Shown: positions 1 through 15,094 of the stretch, one piece after another
How the letters are laid out: each line of letters opens with the position of its first letter
How positions within the stretch are numbered: position 1 is the first letter of the stretch
Source of the DNA: the human T2T-CHM13v2.0 reference genome, Homo sapiens
Strand: one strand, 5' to 3'
NCBI RefSeq assembly: GCF_009914755.1
Contig: NC_060926.1
Length of the DNA stretch: 64,000 bases
Program-made: the position numbers and the translations under genes
The notes under the pieces: model-generated
The model's input: the letters and a program-made list of their open reading frames with translations, nothing else
Databases searched by the model: none
What the model was told of the DNA's origin: nothing

Positions 1-985
1 GATCTTCAGTGATTTGTGAATGGTAGAACAGCTAGTAAATGACAGATGTGAGCTTTAAACTTTGACAGCCTGGCTTCAGTTCGCATTTTCCATGTCTCCA
101 ACATGATACCTGTCTTTGTATAGACACATGCGGGGTTTTACGCATAAATTCACCTTTATATGTGTATATACAAAAAAAAATTAGAATGATATTTATTAAG
201 ATTTAACATGATTATCTTTAAGTGACTACATTTTTTTTAAATTTCTGTTTAGCTATGTTTTCTGTAGTGAACAATACATTGCTTTTATCCATTTTAAAGA
301 GGGAAAAAATGTGAAAAGACTACAAATATATTCTGCTTAGCACAGCTTGGGTGCATACCACAGGGCAGTCATGCTGTCCTCCTCACCCTGCTGCTGGAAA
401 TAGTAACAAAGAGCTCCCAAGGGTCACAAATAATGCACAATATGGAAAATCTACATGGAGATAATTGAAAGTTGAACAAAATTTATTCTCTCAGCTTCTG
501 TGAAAGTGAGACACCCTGAATATTGAATTACTCTTTCTGGCCACTGAATTATTGCTTTCTTACAAAATGCTAAATGGTGCCACAATGGCCTGAAAGAGTG
601 AATATGGCATCCAAAAGCGCCTGACTCATATAACCAGGCGGGTCAACTTTAGAATTTGCTGGTCTTGGGATCTGTGTCTGGGTCCTGTCAAAAGTAAAAA
701 GATTTGCTTGCAATTTACATGGAAGTGATTATAAAGTACAGCTTGTCATAGTATCAATTTTATTTTACTTTCAAAGTTAACCAATATGGTTTGTTTGTTG
801 CCATTTTTTTAATCCAATAAACTTTAAGAGAGGAATGTGGAAGACACCTGAGAAAGGCCTACTTCTTAAATTCATCTGCTCCAGGTGAAATTATACCATG
901 CTTACCTCAGGTCTCAGAAAGAAGCACTTTTGTTTCTCCTGGTAGAACATACCAACAGTATCTTCCAATTTTATTCAAGTCATAT

Positions 986-1302
986 CACGTGTTGTGGGAA
1001 GGACCTGGTGGGAGGTAATTGAATCATGGTGGTGGTTACCCTCAGGCTGCTGTTCTTGTGATAGTGAGTAAGTTCTCATGAGATCTGATGGTTTTCTAAG
1101 GGGCTCTTCCCCCTTTTTCTTGGCCCTTCTCCTCACTGCCGCCATGTAAAGAAGGATGTGTTTGCTTCACTTCCGCCATGATTGTAAGTTTCCTGAGGCA
1201 TCCCCAGCCATGCTGAACTGTGAGTCAATTAAACCTCTCTCCTTTATAAATTACCCAGTCTCGGGTATGTCTTTATTAGCAGCATGAGAACAGATGAATA
1301 CA
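986..1302 (+). mobile_element. THE1C-like MaLR solo LTR, 5'-truncated
   Basis: Contains THE1 motifs gagatctgatggtttt, gccatgattgtaagtttcctgagg and tgtgagtcaattaaacctct, and the terminal aataca. The 5' tgatatggtttggctgtg start is absent. Confidence 0.9.
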
Positions 1303-1382
1303 TACTGTTTTTGACATTTTAGTTATCTCTCCAGTAAAACAAACTTCAAATCTCTATGGTAAAGTGAGCATCTGTCAATAGA

Positions 1383-1480
1383 TTTTCTCTCTTTCTTTCC
1401 TTTCTTTTTTCCTACCTTCCTTCCATTCTTTCCTTTTTCTCTCCCTCATCTTCTTTTCTTCCTTTCTTCATTTTTTTTTT
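1383..1480. repeat. Polypyrimidine low-complexity tract
   Basis: Almost entirely C/T (ctttt, ccttc units), ending in a T run. Confidence 0.75.
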
Positions 1481-3711
1481 AAATAACTGTGATTCAGTTT
1501 TTATGCTCTCTTACAAAATCTGTCCTACAAGTAGATTACACAATCTGAGCACAGCTCCTTGTAACACTACACGTGCTTTCAGGAAAAGCTACGTTTTCGA
1601 GAACTGAAATTTTAGCCACCACTACATGCTGCTCTTGTCTGAGCTCTGCGATTGCTTCTTATTTCTCCCCTGAGGATTCAATGCATTTGGTTCAAGCACC
1701 ATTGAACGTGATGCTGTATTAATTGCCCTGGAGGGTAGCGAGGCCTTTGAACTGTGGCTGTGAGGAATATTTTGCTGTAAGACATGTGTCAGCACTTGGC
1801 TGGTTAACTCTGGGGCTCGGCTGTGCAGCATGCTGGGACCAAGGATCTGGAAAACTACTTTGCATCCTAATCTTACATCTGTTTTCCATCATGTAGTGAG
1901 ATTGACTGGCTATTCTAACAGGGAAGCATCATTCTGAAATAGCCAGAGTCTACATACAAATATTGTACTGTCAAAGAATATTAAGAATTTTCCATCATTT
2001 TTTCAAGTTCTTCCAAACAGCTGGCATGCATAGGTGAATGGGTGATGCAATAGATTAATTGCCTGACCTTTCAACCCAAGAGAAATTGTCTGTGTGTAAG
2101 CTATATGTCAGCATTATGATACTAAAACTTAAATTGAAGATGATGCCTCTGCTTTCAATGAAAACAAAATTGCACGTTTCATTGGCCTAATTTTGCCCAT
2201 TCTACCTTCCACGCGCCACTTGGAGCTTATTCGTATTCAGTTTGAATGCAGAGTAACATCTCAAATGCAGTCAACACCTTTCTTTCAAAGGACACAGTCA
2301 AGTCTATTCACCTGGAATAGTTTCTTCTTCCTCCCAGCCCTCTTGAGTCATAACTGCCATTCACATTGCTACAGATGGAGACAAGTAAGAAAGTTTACAA
2401 TTACATAGTAAGTCTACAGTTATAATTTCAGATAGTATCTCAGAGCTATAATTATATTTCTGGACTTCTAAGTAGCAGATCAATTTGTTTCCTCTGGATG
2501 CTGTGACCTCTCGAATAATATTGGTCATTTTTACTTCTCTCATTGACTCCCAGCTTTACAATGGTTATAGACACACTTCATAGATGCCTATGGCGCAGCT
2601 GGGAAGCGTACAGCAGATGCTAAATTTCAATGGAAATGGTAGTTTTTAGAGTCATTTGTTCTCCTAAAGTACTGTGATAAAAAAAAATGTGAAAATAATC
2701 GTTGAGTAACTTTCCACACGCCTCTTTAGAAGCATGATCCTCACAGTGTCTGCATACTTCCTGCTTTTTAGAGAAAGAGGAAAGGTGGTAGAATGTTAGG
2801 CCTGGAAAGAAAACTTCCATAGCATCTGTAGAAGGGAAAAAAATGACTGACCATGTGTCAGTTAAGCATTCTGCTTGGAAACCTCAAGCAGTGCATTGTG
2901 CTTTTCCTTTTTCTTTAATTTTTAATTGGTTAACAGCTTGAGTTGTGGAAATGCTACCATATTCATGGTTGCAACAGAGCTGACAGAGGGTGCTGAAAAC
3001 TGTACTGCTTTCCTTGATTATTATTATTTTTTCATTCCAGGTTTGATTTTAGCAAACTCTTTGCAATCTGGGATCTGGCACATAAAGACTACATATGCTC
3101 AAGACTAATCCTAGAATAGACAGCAGTAGAGAGTGGCCCAGGGGACAGGTTTAAATCTTTGATGTTTTAAATAGCCAATCCCTTTAGAGTTCTGGGGTCT
3201 GTGGTTCGTCTTCTTTCTTGCACTGGCCTTTCCTGGAACCCTTCTCATCAATTTTGGGGCAAAGGCTTCACTTGTTTGATAGTTACAATAACTCATTAAC
3301 AAGAACACATGCCTTTTTAAAGATTATCATTTACTCATCAACTATTGAGTTATTTCAGTATGCATACAAGGGAGATGGTAGTTTATCTTTATAGATAGGA
3401 TCATTATATAAGAAACCATGACCTGGTTATAATATAAGCTAGTGTCTAATTTGTAAAATAAGACTACAAATGTTGACAGAAATGAGAGAAAATGCATGCG
3501 AACGTATTTCATAATTTTAAAGTATTTCCACAATGCAATCTATTATTCCAAAGTAGAAAGGATTGGCAAAAGAGTTGGGAATCTGAAAAAGTGCTCGAGT
3601 TGACAACAGTAATCTGTAGTCAGAGGGTGAAAAGTAAATCTGTAATCTGTGTTTTAGGGGCTTGGCTAATAAGCACTACCCTGGCATAACAGAAAAAAAA
3701 AAAGCATCAAT

Positions 3712-3848
3712 TTGATTTCTGGCTGTAACTCTTCTGAGGCAAGTCACTTAACCTCTTTGAGCCTAAGGAGGTTTTTCTGTATATGGGGGAAATATAACTT
3801 GCCCTATATGTCATTGTGAGCCTTAAATGAGATGGTGTTTATAAAAGA
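3712..3848 (+). mobile_element. MIR fragment
   Basis: MIR core-like ggcaagtcacttaacctctttgagcct ... ttgtgagccttaaatgagat. Confidence 0.7.
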
Positions 3849-4582
3849 TGACAAAAAAATAGATATTTGATTCTCAAAAAAATGATTTCTATCCATTTTT
3901 ATAATAATTATTGTGAACTACCATTATTGTGATATGTTACTGTTACAACAAAAATCCCTTTATTTATAGCCGTAGCTTCTTTTTAGAAATAAAGAACAAA
4001 GTCTGTGTTATGGCTAAATTTACAATGATTAAAACACTTGTTTTTTAAACAAGGGTGACATTTCATGGAAAAATAAAAGCTTTTCTTTTTAAAAAGGGTA
4101 CATCGTAGGATGTTTGACAGAAAAATAATTCTTTCATAAAATCTTTACCTGTGAAGTAGTACTAAAAATATTTTTAAATAATTGAAAGACTAAGATCTAG
4201 CATAACGAGCAGCTTTTCTTCCTCAGACAATGTTTTTGTTTTGTTTTGTTTACTATAATATTTGCAGTCTGAAGTTAAAAGTGTACGGAGATGGCAACAA
4301 ATTCTAGGAGCAAATTAAAAACATGTTAAATTAAATACAAATGTACATGTTAAATGCATGTAAAATACAGAAATGCATATAAAATTAAATACATATCATG
4401 CGTACATTTTATATATAAATCATATGTTATATATATAATTTTGTTTTAATCATGTTTCATATATAGTCATGAAAGGTGCATGTATCATTAAGAGCAAAGT
4501 GGGTTCGCCATCTACTCTTCATTAAAGTAAAAGAGTAAGGATAGATTTATGAGAAACAAAGAGAGGTAAGAATAAAAATGGA

Positions 4583-5523
<941 letters not shown>

Positions 5524-5532
5524 ATATAAATG

Positions 5533-5838
5533 TTAGTTTTCCCTTCTCTTCAGGGCATACGTTCCAAGGCCCCCAGTGCAGGCCTCTAACCATGTTATGT
5601 GGATAGTACCAAACCCTAATACACTATGTTTTTTCCTGTAACTAACTTTGATTTATAAATGAGGCACAGTAAGAGATGAACAATACCTAATAAAAAAAGA
5701 ACAATTATAATCATATGTTGTAGTAAAAGTTATGAATGGGGTCTCTCTCTCTCTCTCTGTCTCTCCAAGTTCTCTGTAATATTTTTGGAACATGGTTGAC
5801 CACGGGTAACTGAAACTGAGGATAAGGAAGGGCTGCTA
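5533..5838 (+). mobile_element. MER44A-like (TcMar-Tigger derivative)
   Basis: Contains atacgttccaaggcccccagtg, ggatagtaccaaacccta, ggcacagtaagagat and ggttgaccacgggtaactgaaac. Confidence 0.8.
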
Positions 5839-6579
5839 TACTTTATCATCCAAAGCACTCATTTTATTTTTGTTAATATACATGTATTCTTCAGTTATCA
5901 GCTCAGCCAATGGTAGAAGTAACTCTAGTGCTAACCCAGGAACAGCTGTTGATAAAGAGAGGTCTGTGAATTGGGAGGAGCTGGGTTTAATGCATGCAGC
6001 CAGGGGCCCTTGTCAATAGCTGGCCCATGTGGCCTGGAGGCACAGCTTCTCATTCATTCTTAGCAGCATTGTATCACATTATATTTTGATAACTCTTGAC
6101 TTCATGGCATACCTTTTCATACATTGGCCTGTAGATTATTTCATTTATTTCTTACAGAAACTTTCACAGAGGAACACAAGGCTTAGAGGAGCTAATGCAT
6201 TTTCCAAGAAAATAGCAGCTTTCAAATTCAAGGGTCTTTTCTTTCACACTACAACTGTCTCTGAGATAAACCCAGATTGACTTCTAGTTACCCTCTTCCT
6301 CATCTTACAGAACAAAAAAACAAAACAAAACAAAAAAAACATGTATTGACAGTGAATCTCTGGGGTTGAACTATAGTAATCATAAGTACAATGGCAATCG
6401 TAACTCAAATAGGTTTTAAAAATATTTACAAAGTATTAAGCACTGTGCCTGGCTCATAGTAAGTGCTATGTGTTTGTTAAATAAAAATGAATTAAAAATG
6501 TTTTTCTTGAGTACAGGAACAAAACGTCTGTTTTAGAACTCAGGATAGATTGATGGATATAACCATTCTTAAAACTCAC

Positions 6580-6905
6580 GTCAAGGGGTACAAAGTTTCA
6601 GTTATACAAGATGAACAAGTTCCAGAGATCTACTAGACAGCGTACTGTCTATAGTGAATAAGATGTATGATATACTTAAAAGTTTGCGGAGGATAGATTT
6701 TATCTTAAGTGTTCTTATCATCATCATAATCATTATCATTATAAATAAAGCGGAAGAAAATTTGAAGTTGATGAATCTGTTTATGGCATAGGTGGTGGTG
6801 AGGGTTTCACAGATGTATGCTTATCTGCAAACTCATCAAATTGTATACATTAAACATATACAACTTTTTGTATGTCAACCTTCCTCAATAAAATGATTTA
6901 AAAGG
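6580..6905 (+). mobile_element. Old L1 (L1MB-like) 3' UTR fragment
   Basis: Contains gggtacaaagtttcagttatacaagatgaacaagttc and aaactcatcaaattgtatacattaaa, ending ctcaataaa. Confidence 0.8.
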
Positions 6906-7481
6906 AACAAAAAAACTTCAAAGGAGTAGCATGCCACAATTCCTTGAGGAAGATGTTTTATAAACTGCCCATCTTCACACTAAGTGCTATTTATGGAGAA
7001 AAGACAGCACTGAATTCCAAGTGGTTAACAATTCTAGAAATCGTAGTGTACGTGCCACTTTAGCTGAAATGTTACTTAGTAAGTGGTCAGTGACTCTTCT
7101 AGGATCCCTGACCTGGTTCTTTTCTGCCAGCCTCCCTAATCTGCCAACTTCTCAAAGACCCTCTCCAGAATGGACTAGTACCAGCTTATCTGGACAGACT
7201 TTTGCCACACCTTTGCAAAGCTTTCTAGCTACCAAAGACCAGTATCTTCATCCCACACTTGCCTCAGGTATGGCTTCCAATAGACTGCATATAAATATTC
7301 TGGTCTGGCCAAAGGATTCTTATGAAAATTATCTGATGCTTTCCTGTACATTTTATCACATTATTCTGCAGAGAGAGAATATCTCCATTTTCCTCTTGCC
7401 ACTCAGATTTTACCCCTCTGCCAGGTTCTGAGTCAAATCTCACCACCTTCTTAGAACTTTAACATGGGTAGCAAAAAGAGG

Positions 7482-7657
7482 TTAATTTTTAAATCCTTGG
7501 TTCTATCATTTATTACCTATGTGACCTTGGGCAAATCATTTCCCACTCCCACTGTGATTTTGACTTTATCTGTAAAACAGAAAATGCCGACTTAGAATTT
7601 GTGTAAGGATTACTGAAAATAAATGTAAAGCACATACTAGGAATTTAATAAATGATA
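7482..7657 (+). mobile_element. MIR
   Basis: MIR core tatgtgaccttgggcaaatcattt ... atctgtaaaa ... atgtaaagcac. Confidence 0.7.
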
Positions 7658-7745
7658 TTTCAAAAATTATAACTCAAGGAAGAATTGCTCTTTTTAGCTC
7701 TTTAGAATTTATCTAGCATTACTTTTAGCATTCTTGTTTCATGCT

Positions 7746-8297
7746 GTGTTAGCTTAAAATATATATCCACAAATTATTTGATCCTCCTTTCATCAAGACA
7801 TTGAGTCTAATTCCTTCACCTTGAATATGAGTTGAGTGGGGCTGGCCTTAGTGACTTGTTTCCAGTGAATGGGATGAACTGGGCAAGACATGATTTGATT
7901 TGCAAAGCCAGGTCATAAAAGGTAATAGAGCTTCTTACTGGCTCTCTCTCTTTGGGGACACTTATCTTTGGAACACAGCTATCATGCAGATAAGGAAGCC
8001 CAGGCAACCTGGAGAAGCCCATATGGAGGAGAACTGAGGCTCCTAAACGTCAGCCTCTGCTGCACTTCCAGGTGGCAGCCAGTCCCTGTCTTTCCAGCCT
8101 TGTGAGAGAGCCATCTTGGGACCACATCCTCCAGGCCACAGCTAAGCTATTCTACCTTGCACTGAGCAGAGCAGAGACCAGCCTTCCCTGACAAACCCTG
8201 CTCAAACTGTAAATTAATGATTGGAATGAATGATTGCTGTTTTTTAAAGTCACTGCACTTTGAGGCCATTTGTACTCCACAATAGATAACAGGAACA
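7746..8297 (+). mobile_element. MLT1 (G/H-like) MaLR solo LTR
   Basis: TG...CA ends; gggctggccttagtgacttg, ggagaactgaggctcct, and 3' end ttgctgttttttaaagtcact...caatagataacaggaaca. Confidence 0.8.
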
Positions 8298-10605
8298 GTA
8301 CCTATATTCAATGCCATGATCTGGAAGTCACCTCTTATAGGCAGATGTCCAAATCTCCTTAGAGAATTTAAACATCTGTATGTTAAAAACATTCAGAGCT
8401 TAATAAATGCTTTGTTATTTTTAATTAACTTAATTGATTTGGACATTCTCATACGACCAAGGGAGCTATTTTTTCCTTTGTGTATTTGAATTACATAGGT
8501 ATTTATGGCTAGAAAAAGAAGGCATTGCCCCCCAAAAATGTTATTTTTCAATTTTCTCCTTTGAGATTCTTATATTGAAGTTAAGGTGATCAAAACAACT
8601 TTTAAGAAGCTGTTACTTAAGCTGAAGGTTACATTTTACAAGCTAGAAATTGCTTGTCACCCTGAAATATTTGGAAGAAAAATATATAGTATTGGAAGTT
8701 TAAATAGGTAGAGGTGACATTTTCTCATGACAGGAACTGTCTTTCTCATGTACCAGCTTTCGTTGTTCACCACTCATTATATGACAGATTGGTATCCTGA
8801 GTTTTAAAAATGAAGAACAAAATATAACCCCCTGAGTGGATTAGTTCTGAGATATGGAGAATGAGTACAGCCCACTGATTTTGGTATTTTGGAGTCTCAG
8901 AAATCCTATACTCTTCAATAAAGTAGGGGATGCAAGGAAGAGGGAGCTATTCAGCCATTATAAATTATTTAATCATCTCCTTTACCTTCATGGAGAAAAT
9001 AATATAAGTGAGAAATTGTATTTCTTTTTTAAAATAACAATAAAAATATGGTATGGAAGTATAAGTAGACTCACGTAAATACATAGTGCCCAGTGATTTC
9101 CAAAGGGTGGTTGCTAGAAACGGACCCCGAAGAGAAGCCCTGCTGAATGCCATGGGGAAAAGTTAACATCTAATGTAACAGCCTTAAAAACCTTCAGGCA
9201 ACTCTAGGGAGAGACAGATGTACTAGTGGTCCCAAGAAGCTTTCACATCTCCCTAAAAAACCGAGCCAAGTTTTTGAGTCATTTTCTATGCAGTATTTAA
9301 GGGCCAGAAGGAAGATGGAGGAGTCAATCTGGTTAATTTAGGCAAAAGCAGAATTTGGACTTGAATGAACCTGGTGAGTCTGCTTGACTGTATACTTTTT
9401 TCAGCTGACTAAACCTGATTCTGGATCATCACTATTTTTGTTCAAATGTGGGCTCAAGTTGGCATTAGTTATATCTAGGTTATTTCTCTGTGAACACAAA
9501 AATATTCACTTATTAGATGTCATCTATCAAAATCCGTTCATAGGTCTGCACTGTGATAGATTTCAATCCTTGACTCTGAGGTTTGTAGGTAGGTCAAGAA
9601 ATAATCTTATAAATGTGAAGTGAGAAAGAGAAGCAAAGGGTAGAAAGAACATAAATGACCGTAATCTAATTTACAAAGAAATTGGTATTGTAGAAAGAAC
9701 TTTCATTATAAATAATTATATTTATAACGGTAAATAATTTATAAATAATTGATAATAATTGTATGTTATATATTAATTAAATTGTTTTTAAAGATTGTTT
9801 ATAATTGAGACCCAGGTACTGAGATGAATTGGTTGCAGACTTGCTTTAGCATATAGGATGTTTATCTGCCTCCTTCCTCAACTCTACAGTCAAGGCATTA
9901 TTAGACTGTGGGGAAGCTAAGCTTCTTCTCTGCATGAATAAATTTCTATGTTAAGTTCAGCAGGAGAAAATAGAAAGAAATTCTGTATAAGTTTAGAAAA
10001 AAACTAATAAATCAGCTCTACATAACAACAAATGAATATCCATTCCAATTACACATATCTCATACTCTCCAAAAAGCTGAAATTAAAGATGGATAATACC
10101 AATCTGGGACCTATTCTGCTTTTTAAAATTAGACAATTGTGTACTAAATAGCTGTTTTAAAGAAAAAGAAACTAGTTAAACTTTTTAAATCCCAACTGTC
10201 AACAAATACATTTCTATGAACTTTAGAAATGTACTTTGGCAACCATTTACCAAGACAGCTTATTTGAGGGACACTTAACAAGTCAATTGCGGATAAATCC
10301 GACAGATGAAACATGAGTGTTCTGCCTGACTTTGTCTTATGAAGTTGTCTTGTTAGAAAATTTTTAAAGCATGCTTGGAATTTTCAGTCCTTGATGTGAT
10401 TTCCATGTTGATATTTAATCTGATTAAGTTTAAACCATCTGTCTATAAACATTTGGTAATTTTTTCCCTAGCTTTTAAAAAATCAGATATACAAGAAGTA
10501 AAATATAATAAACCAACCTGTGGTAATTTCATTGAATTGTGGTATTTTAGGATCATTTCCTGCCTATGAGAATTAAGGCCATTTTAACATATATGTACAT
10601 ATGTT

Positions 10606-10626
10606 ACACACACACACACACACACA
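10606..10626. repeat. (CA)n microsatellite
   Basis: About 10 perfect AC units. Confidence 0.9.
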
Positions 10627-12129
10627 TATTTTTAAAATTATTCCATAAAGTTTCTTCCTTAGGGACAATGTTTACAGATTAGAATTCAAAAACCAATGAG
10701 AACAAGATTCAATTTTAAGTTACATTTACACTTTCTTTTCTCAAGTGAAAAACCAGTTTTATTTATTTTATATACAATATCATACAGATTAATGGGCCTT
10801 GATATCAAAAGCTTTCAATATACTTCTGTTTTAAAAGTAATAACATTTATAGTGATTTTTTTGCATTTTTATTCAAAAATATGTCTATATATTAAAATAT
10901 ACCATTGAAATGTTCATATAAACATATACTTTTCTTAAGTTGATATGACTGTGAAAATGAGGCTAAAAATACCCAAAGATATATTTTTGATTGTGTTTGT
11001 GTGTGTACATGTGCAGTGTGTGTGTGCACAAATAATTATTTTTAATATCTAACTGGTGGACAAATGTTTCAACCAAAGGCTGAAGGAGGAATGTCAGAAT
11101 TACTTCTTTTAAAATCTGGCACATGCTGAGGTCATTTTAGCAGGTTATAAAATGCCTTCTGGGTGGAGATTGCTGGCTTCATCTTGGCCTAGAAAAAGTA
11201 ATAGTTTCAGAATTCTGTTTAAACTGGTAGGAGTCTTTGGTAATGGATAGGTTTAGTGTTCCCTAGGAAGAATGGAAGAAAAAAACTTTATTCTTAAATA
11301 TGCTTTGCAAAATAACAACCTGCAGGCTGAGAAAAGTCATAAAATGGAAAACACTGCCATTCAGCTGAGTAAAAATGACTTCCCTCTTCTTTAAGAATGT
11401 TATTTTTATTTATTCTCCATATTAAAAGAAAAAATAACCGCCACCCTCTGCACCAATAATGCATTTTAAGTAATTCCAGTTTTTAAATGGCATTAACACC
11501 TACACAAAATCCATACCTCTATTTGTGAACAAACATTTACAAGTATCATTATTCAGAAGCCATTTGAAATATAAAATGATAAGTAAAAATAACACCCTCA
11601 ATTTGTGTATTTCAGTCATTTTATGTGACCTTTTCTTTCATATCCACTTTGCTGTGTTTCTTTACCAACCTATAGTACCAAGCATAAAAAAGGGGAATTA
11701 TTATTTCCAGTCTGTTCAAATAGTTGACTAGTTTGATCTTATAAGTCATACTAGCCTAACTGACACTTTAAAAAATATGTCTTTTTCCAAAAAAGAGAAA
11801 AAAAAGTGGGATGAAAAGTTACTTGTAAGAGAAGGAAAAATATCACCAAGGGATTTATTCTTTGATTGGGACACCTGTAAATCTCTAGTCTCGGCTCTGT
11901 GCTGTCCTCTGCTTAGCTATCATTTTTTTTAATCTCCTGACATATACCCCTACGTCTGCAATGGGAGATTCCATAGTTTTTATACTCCCACGAACCCCAG
12001 TCCTATATCCCTACCTCTCAACAGAAGCAGATGGCCTTTCTTCCTGCTTTCCTGGACAGCGGCCAAATAAACTGTTTTCCTCCACTGACATGTGTGTCTT
12101 CACCCTCGCTTTTAATCCCTAGTCTCTCC

Positions 12130-13150
12130 AGAAGACATCTTCTCTCCCCATCCATTGCTAACCCCTGCACCTGTGTTCGCAAGCTCTGTTTTTTCTTGCT
12201 TTTCTTATGTCTCATTTCTTTCTACTCATTATATACATGCTCAGGTCAACTTAATTATAAAAATAAAATTTTCCTTCTCTCTTGCTATCTCTTCCATCTA
12301 TTAATATTATTTTTTCTTTTACTGCCCTTGCACTGCCTAGCTATTTGAAAGAGAAGTCTATTCCTTCTATCTTTCCTCTTCGAATAATCTTTTTCCTTTT
12401 AATGGGTGAAATACAGCTTCAGTTCTTCTCACTCTACTGAAGACCTCCAAATGACTTCAGTGATATTCCTTAGACCTCATTTTCTTAACCTTGCTTGGAA
12501 AAGTGGCAAACACTGAGGAAGAGAAGCCAACTGTCTACCAAAATGTACTCACCTCTCCTATAGCACAGACTTATTGCTAGAAAGGGGCCGCCTGACTCTT
12601 GTAATTGCATCTGGCTGTGGCTAGTACTTGCCAATGGAATATAAGCAGAAGGACACAATTCACTTTCAGATTAAAGACTTTCCCATGTCTCTTCAGCCAA
12701 TAACAGCAAGATCCTCACGGGTGCTGGTGCCACCAGATGGAAGGACCCATTGTCCTTGAATCACCCATGAACCAGGACCACCTGCCTTAGACTGTTGTGT
12801 AACAGGAAATAAACTTCTATTGTGGTAAGCCATTAAAATGCATTTGTGAGTTGGTGACCATACACAGCCCATCCTAACCCAAGAAAATACTATAGGCCAG
12901 TATCTTGCTGTGAAACATGTTTCTCCCTAGGATTTATGTCATGTATCTTCCTGATTCTTCCACTCTGTCTGATATCCCTTCCCGGTTCCCTCTAATTATG
13001 TCTCTTCCAACTCCAACTTTATAAATGAAATGATTCTGGCCTCAAGATTTTTCTTTCTATCACTCATCTTTCCTAGTCAATGTTCTCTTTCATGTTTACC
13101 TGCCCTTGGTTCCAGTGACCTTCTCCGTGAACATGACTTTAAGATCCATA
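12130..13150 (+). mobile_element. Degraded L2 fragment interrupted by an MLT1 LTR
   Basis: C/T-rich L2-like sequence on both sides of the LTR at 12513-12890. Confidence 0.5.
12513..12890 (+). mobile_element. MLT1 (I/J-like) MaLR LTR
   Basis: Contains gccaatggaatataagcagaag, gtccttgaatcacc and gaaataaacttctattgtggtaagcca. Confidence 0.7.
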
Positions 13151-14076
13151 CTCTTGGCCCATTAGCTCATTTTCATAGCTCTACTCTATTAAGTAAATTT
13201 TGGTTGCTTGAGCTAGCAGAGGAAAAATAATAGAATTTTTTTTGAAAGATGGAAAAAAGTCAATCAATTAAACATGGGAAGTGTCAGAATCAGGACGCCC
13301 CACGTAGCTCAGTTTGAGGACTTTGGGGTCCTCCACATCTTCTACTCTAAGGCAGTTTATTCAATATACTGTTTAGTTCAGCTGACAATCTTTCTATAGC
13401 AAGATTTCCCTAGTGAAGAAGGCAGTGTGCTGATTTACATTCTGGTATGAGCTCCTTATCTAGTGCAGGCGAGCACTTTGATAGACACAAGCCTCGGGTG
13501 CTACCACTGACATGAAACAGCTACCAGTCACCCTAGACACAGAATCGGATTGGCCAGCTTGAACAAATTGCTTTAAGCTAGAATAGAATCATGTGTTGAG
13601 TTTTAGAAGGATTATAATCCTTGGAATGACGTTTGCACTTCCACTTCCTCACAGACAATGTGACCCTGAAATGTAGCCTTGATTCACCAACAGTAGCCTG
13701 TGACTGAGCTAGAATCTGGAGTTATAACAGACTATAAGATAAAACCTAGCTAGCTCTATGCTTAATGAGTTGGTTACAACATGAATGATTAACATAATTG
13801 ATTACTTATCTAAGGTGCTATGCCATGTAGGAAATAGTTTTCCTGCATCCCTTCATTCATGTCTCACAATTATAAAAGTATTATTAGAATGTCTACTTTA
13901 TGATAGAAAAACCTGAATGTAGAATGATACTGTTAATTCTTCCTACCCTAGATAAATAATTGAGTGACATAAAATCTCAAGAATACTATATTAGAATTTT
14001 AGTCATCACCAAAATTCCACAAAATAGCTTAATACAACTGAAGAAATTGATTACATGATGTTAAAGGATCATTATT

Positions 14077-14350
14077 TTTTCATTCAACAAATATTGGCTG
14101 TGTGTTTTTTCTATGCCAGATCCTGTGCTTGGAACTAGTAATATAGGGATGTAAGGTTTCATAACTCTTCTAAAGAAACTCACAGCTTGGCAAGGAAGAA
14201 TGATAAGTGAACCAGGGAGTGTAGATGGCCACGTTAGAGACAGGAGTAACATGAGCTGCCATAAAGATCTACATGAAAGCATGGAGTGAAGCACACATCT
14301 AGCCAGACATTATGGGAACAGGGAGAATTCCAAAAGGCCATGCTGAGTTG
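14077..14350 (-). mobile_element. L2 3' end
   Basis: ttcattcaacaaatattg ... ctatgccagatcctgtgct is the reverse complement of the L2 terminus. Confidence 0.7.
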
Positions 14351-14384
14351 ACTTTCACTTTTGTAAATATTGTATGATAATAAA

Positions 14385-14672
14385 AGTACTATATGTAGAA
14401 TGCTTGTGAAGTACAGGCAAGTCAAAAGAAGAAGACATAAGTCAAATGCAATCTTGCTACCCAAAGATAATCACAGTAAACATTTGATATATTCCCATCT
14501 AATCTTTGTCTAGGATTATATATACACAGTTTTAAAACACAACGTAAATCATACTATATATAGTATTATAACCTGCTTCTTCACTTAGTAATATTCCATA
14601 AATATTTCCAATGCCATTAAAATGTTCAGAAAACTTTGTTTTTCATGGCTATATAGTATTTCACCATATGAA
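14385..14672 (-). mobile_element. Old L1 (L1ME-like) 3' fragment
   Basis: Contains aacctgcttcttcacttag and tttttcatggctatatagtatttcacc. Confidence 0.55.
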
Positions 14673-14673
14673 G

Positions 14674-15090
14674 TATATCAGTTAGGGTTGTTGGTTGCAA
14701 GGCATAGAAATGGACTCTGGCTGATTTAAGAATTGAGGAATGTATTAAAAGGATACTGGGTATATCATAATAGCATTGAGAAGGCTAGAGATCCAGGCTC
14801 AAAAAATGGCGTGAACAATAGAAGGCACAGAACTTTCTGGTAAAAAATATTGCTGTTGCCACATCTTCCATCTGGATGCTGCAGCTTCCAGCTCAACACT
14901 ACAGCCACTACTGACCTGGAAACTAGATGCTGCTTCCAGCGTTATGTTTTACCTCTTCCAGACTGAATTTTCTACTGTCTATGTGTCTTTATGTAATTAG
15001 TTCCCAATTCAAATTTGAGGACTAAAGGATTTGATTTGGCTGAGCCCAAGTCAAATGCTGATATTCCATCAGAAAGGAAAGCTGGGTAAG
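14674..15090 (-). mobile_element. Old MLT1 (M/N-like) LTR
   Basis: Starts tatatcagttagggttgttggttgcaag...gactctggctgatttaag; later gatttggctgagcccaagtca. Confidence 0.6.
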
Positions 15091-15094
15091 TGAG

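Noticed and set aside
1-4. Window begins with GATC
   Set aside because: Possibly a MboI/Sau3AI clone end or chance; no biological meaning.
1900-2090. Faint similarity to CR1/L3 reverse-transcriptase sequence
   Set aside because: Too weak to support without an alignment.
8064-8080. CTCF-like ccaggtggcagc (also ccaccagatgg near 12730)
   Set aside because: Partial matches inside old LTRs, insufficient without a matrix score or ChIP data.
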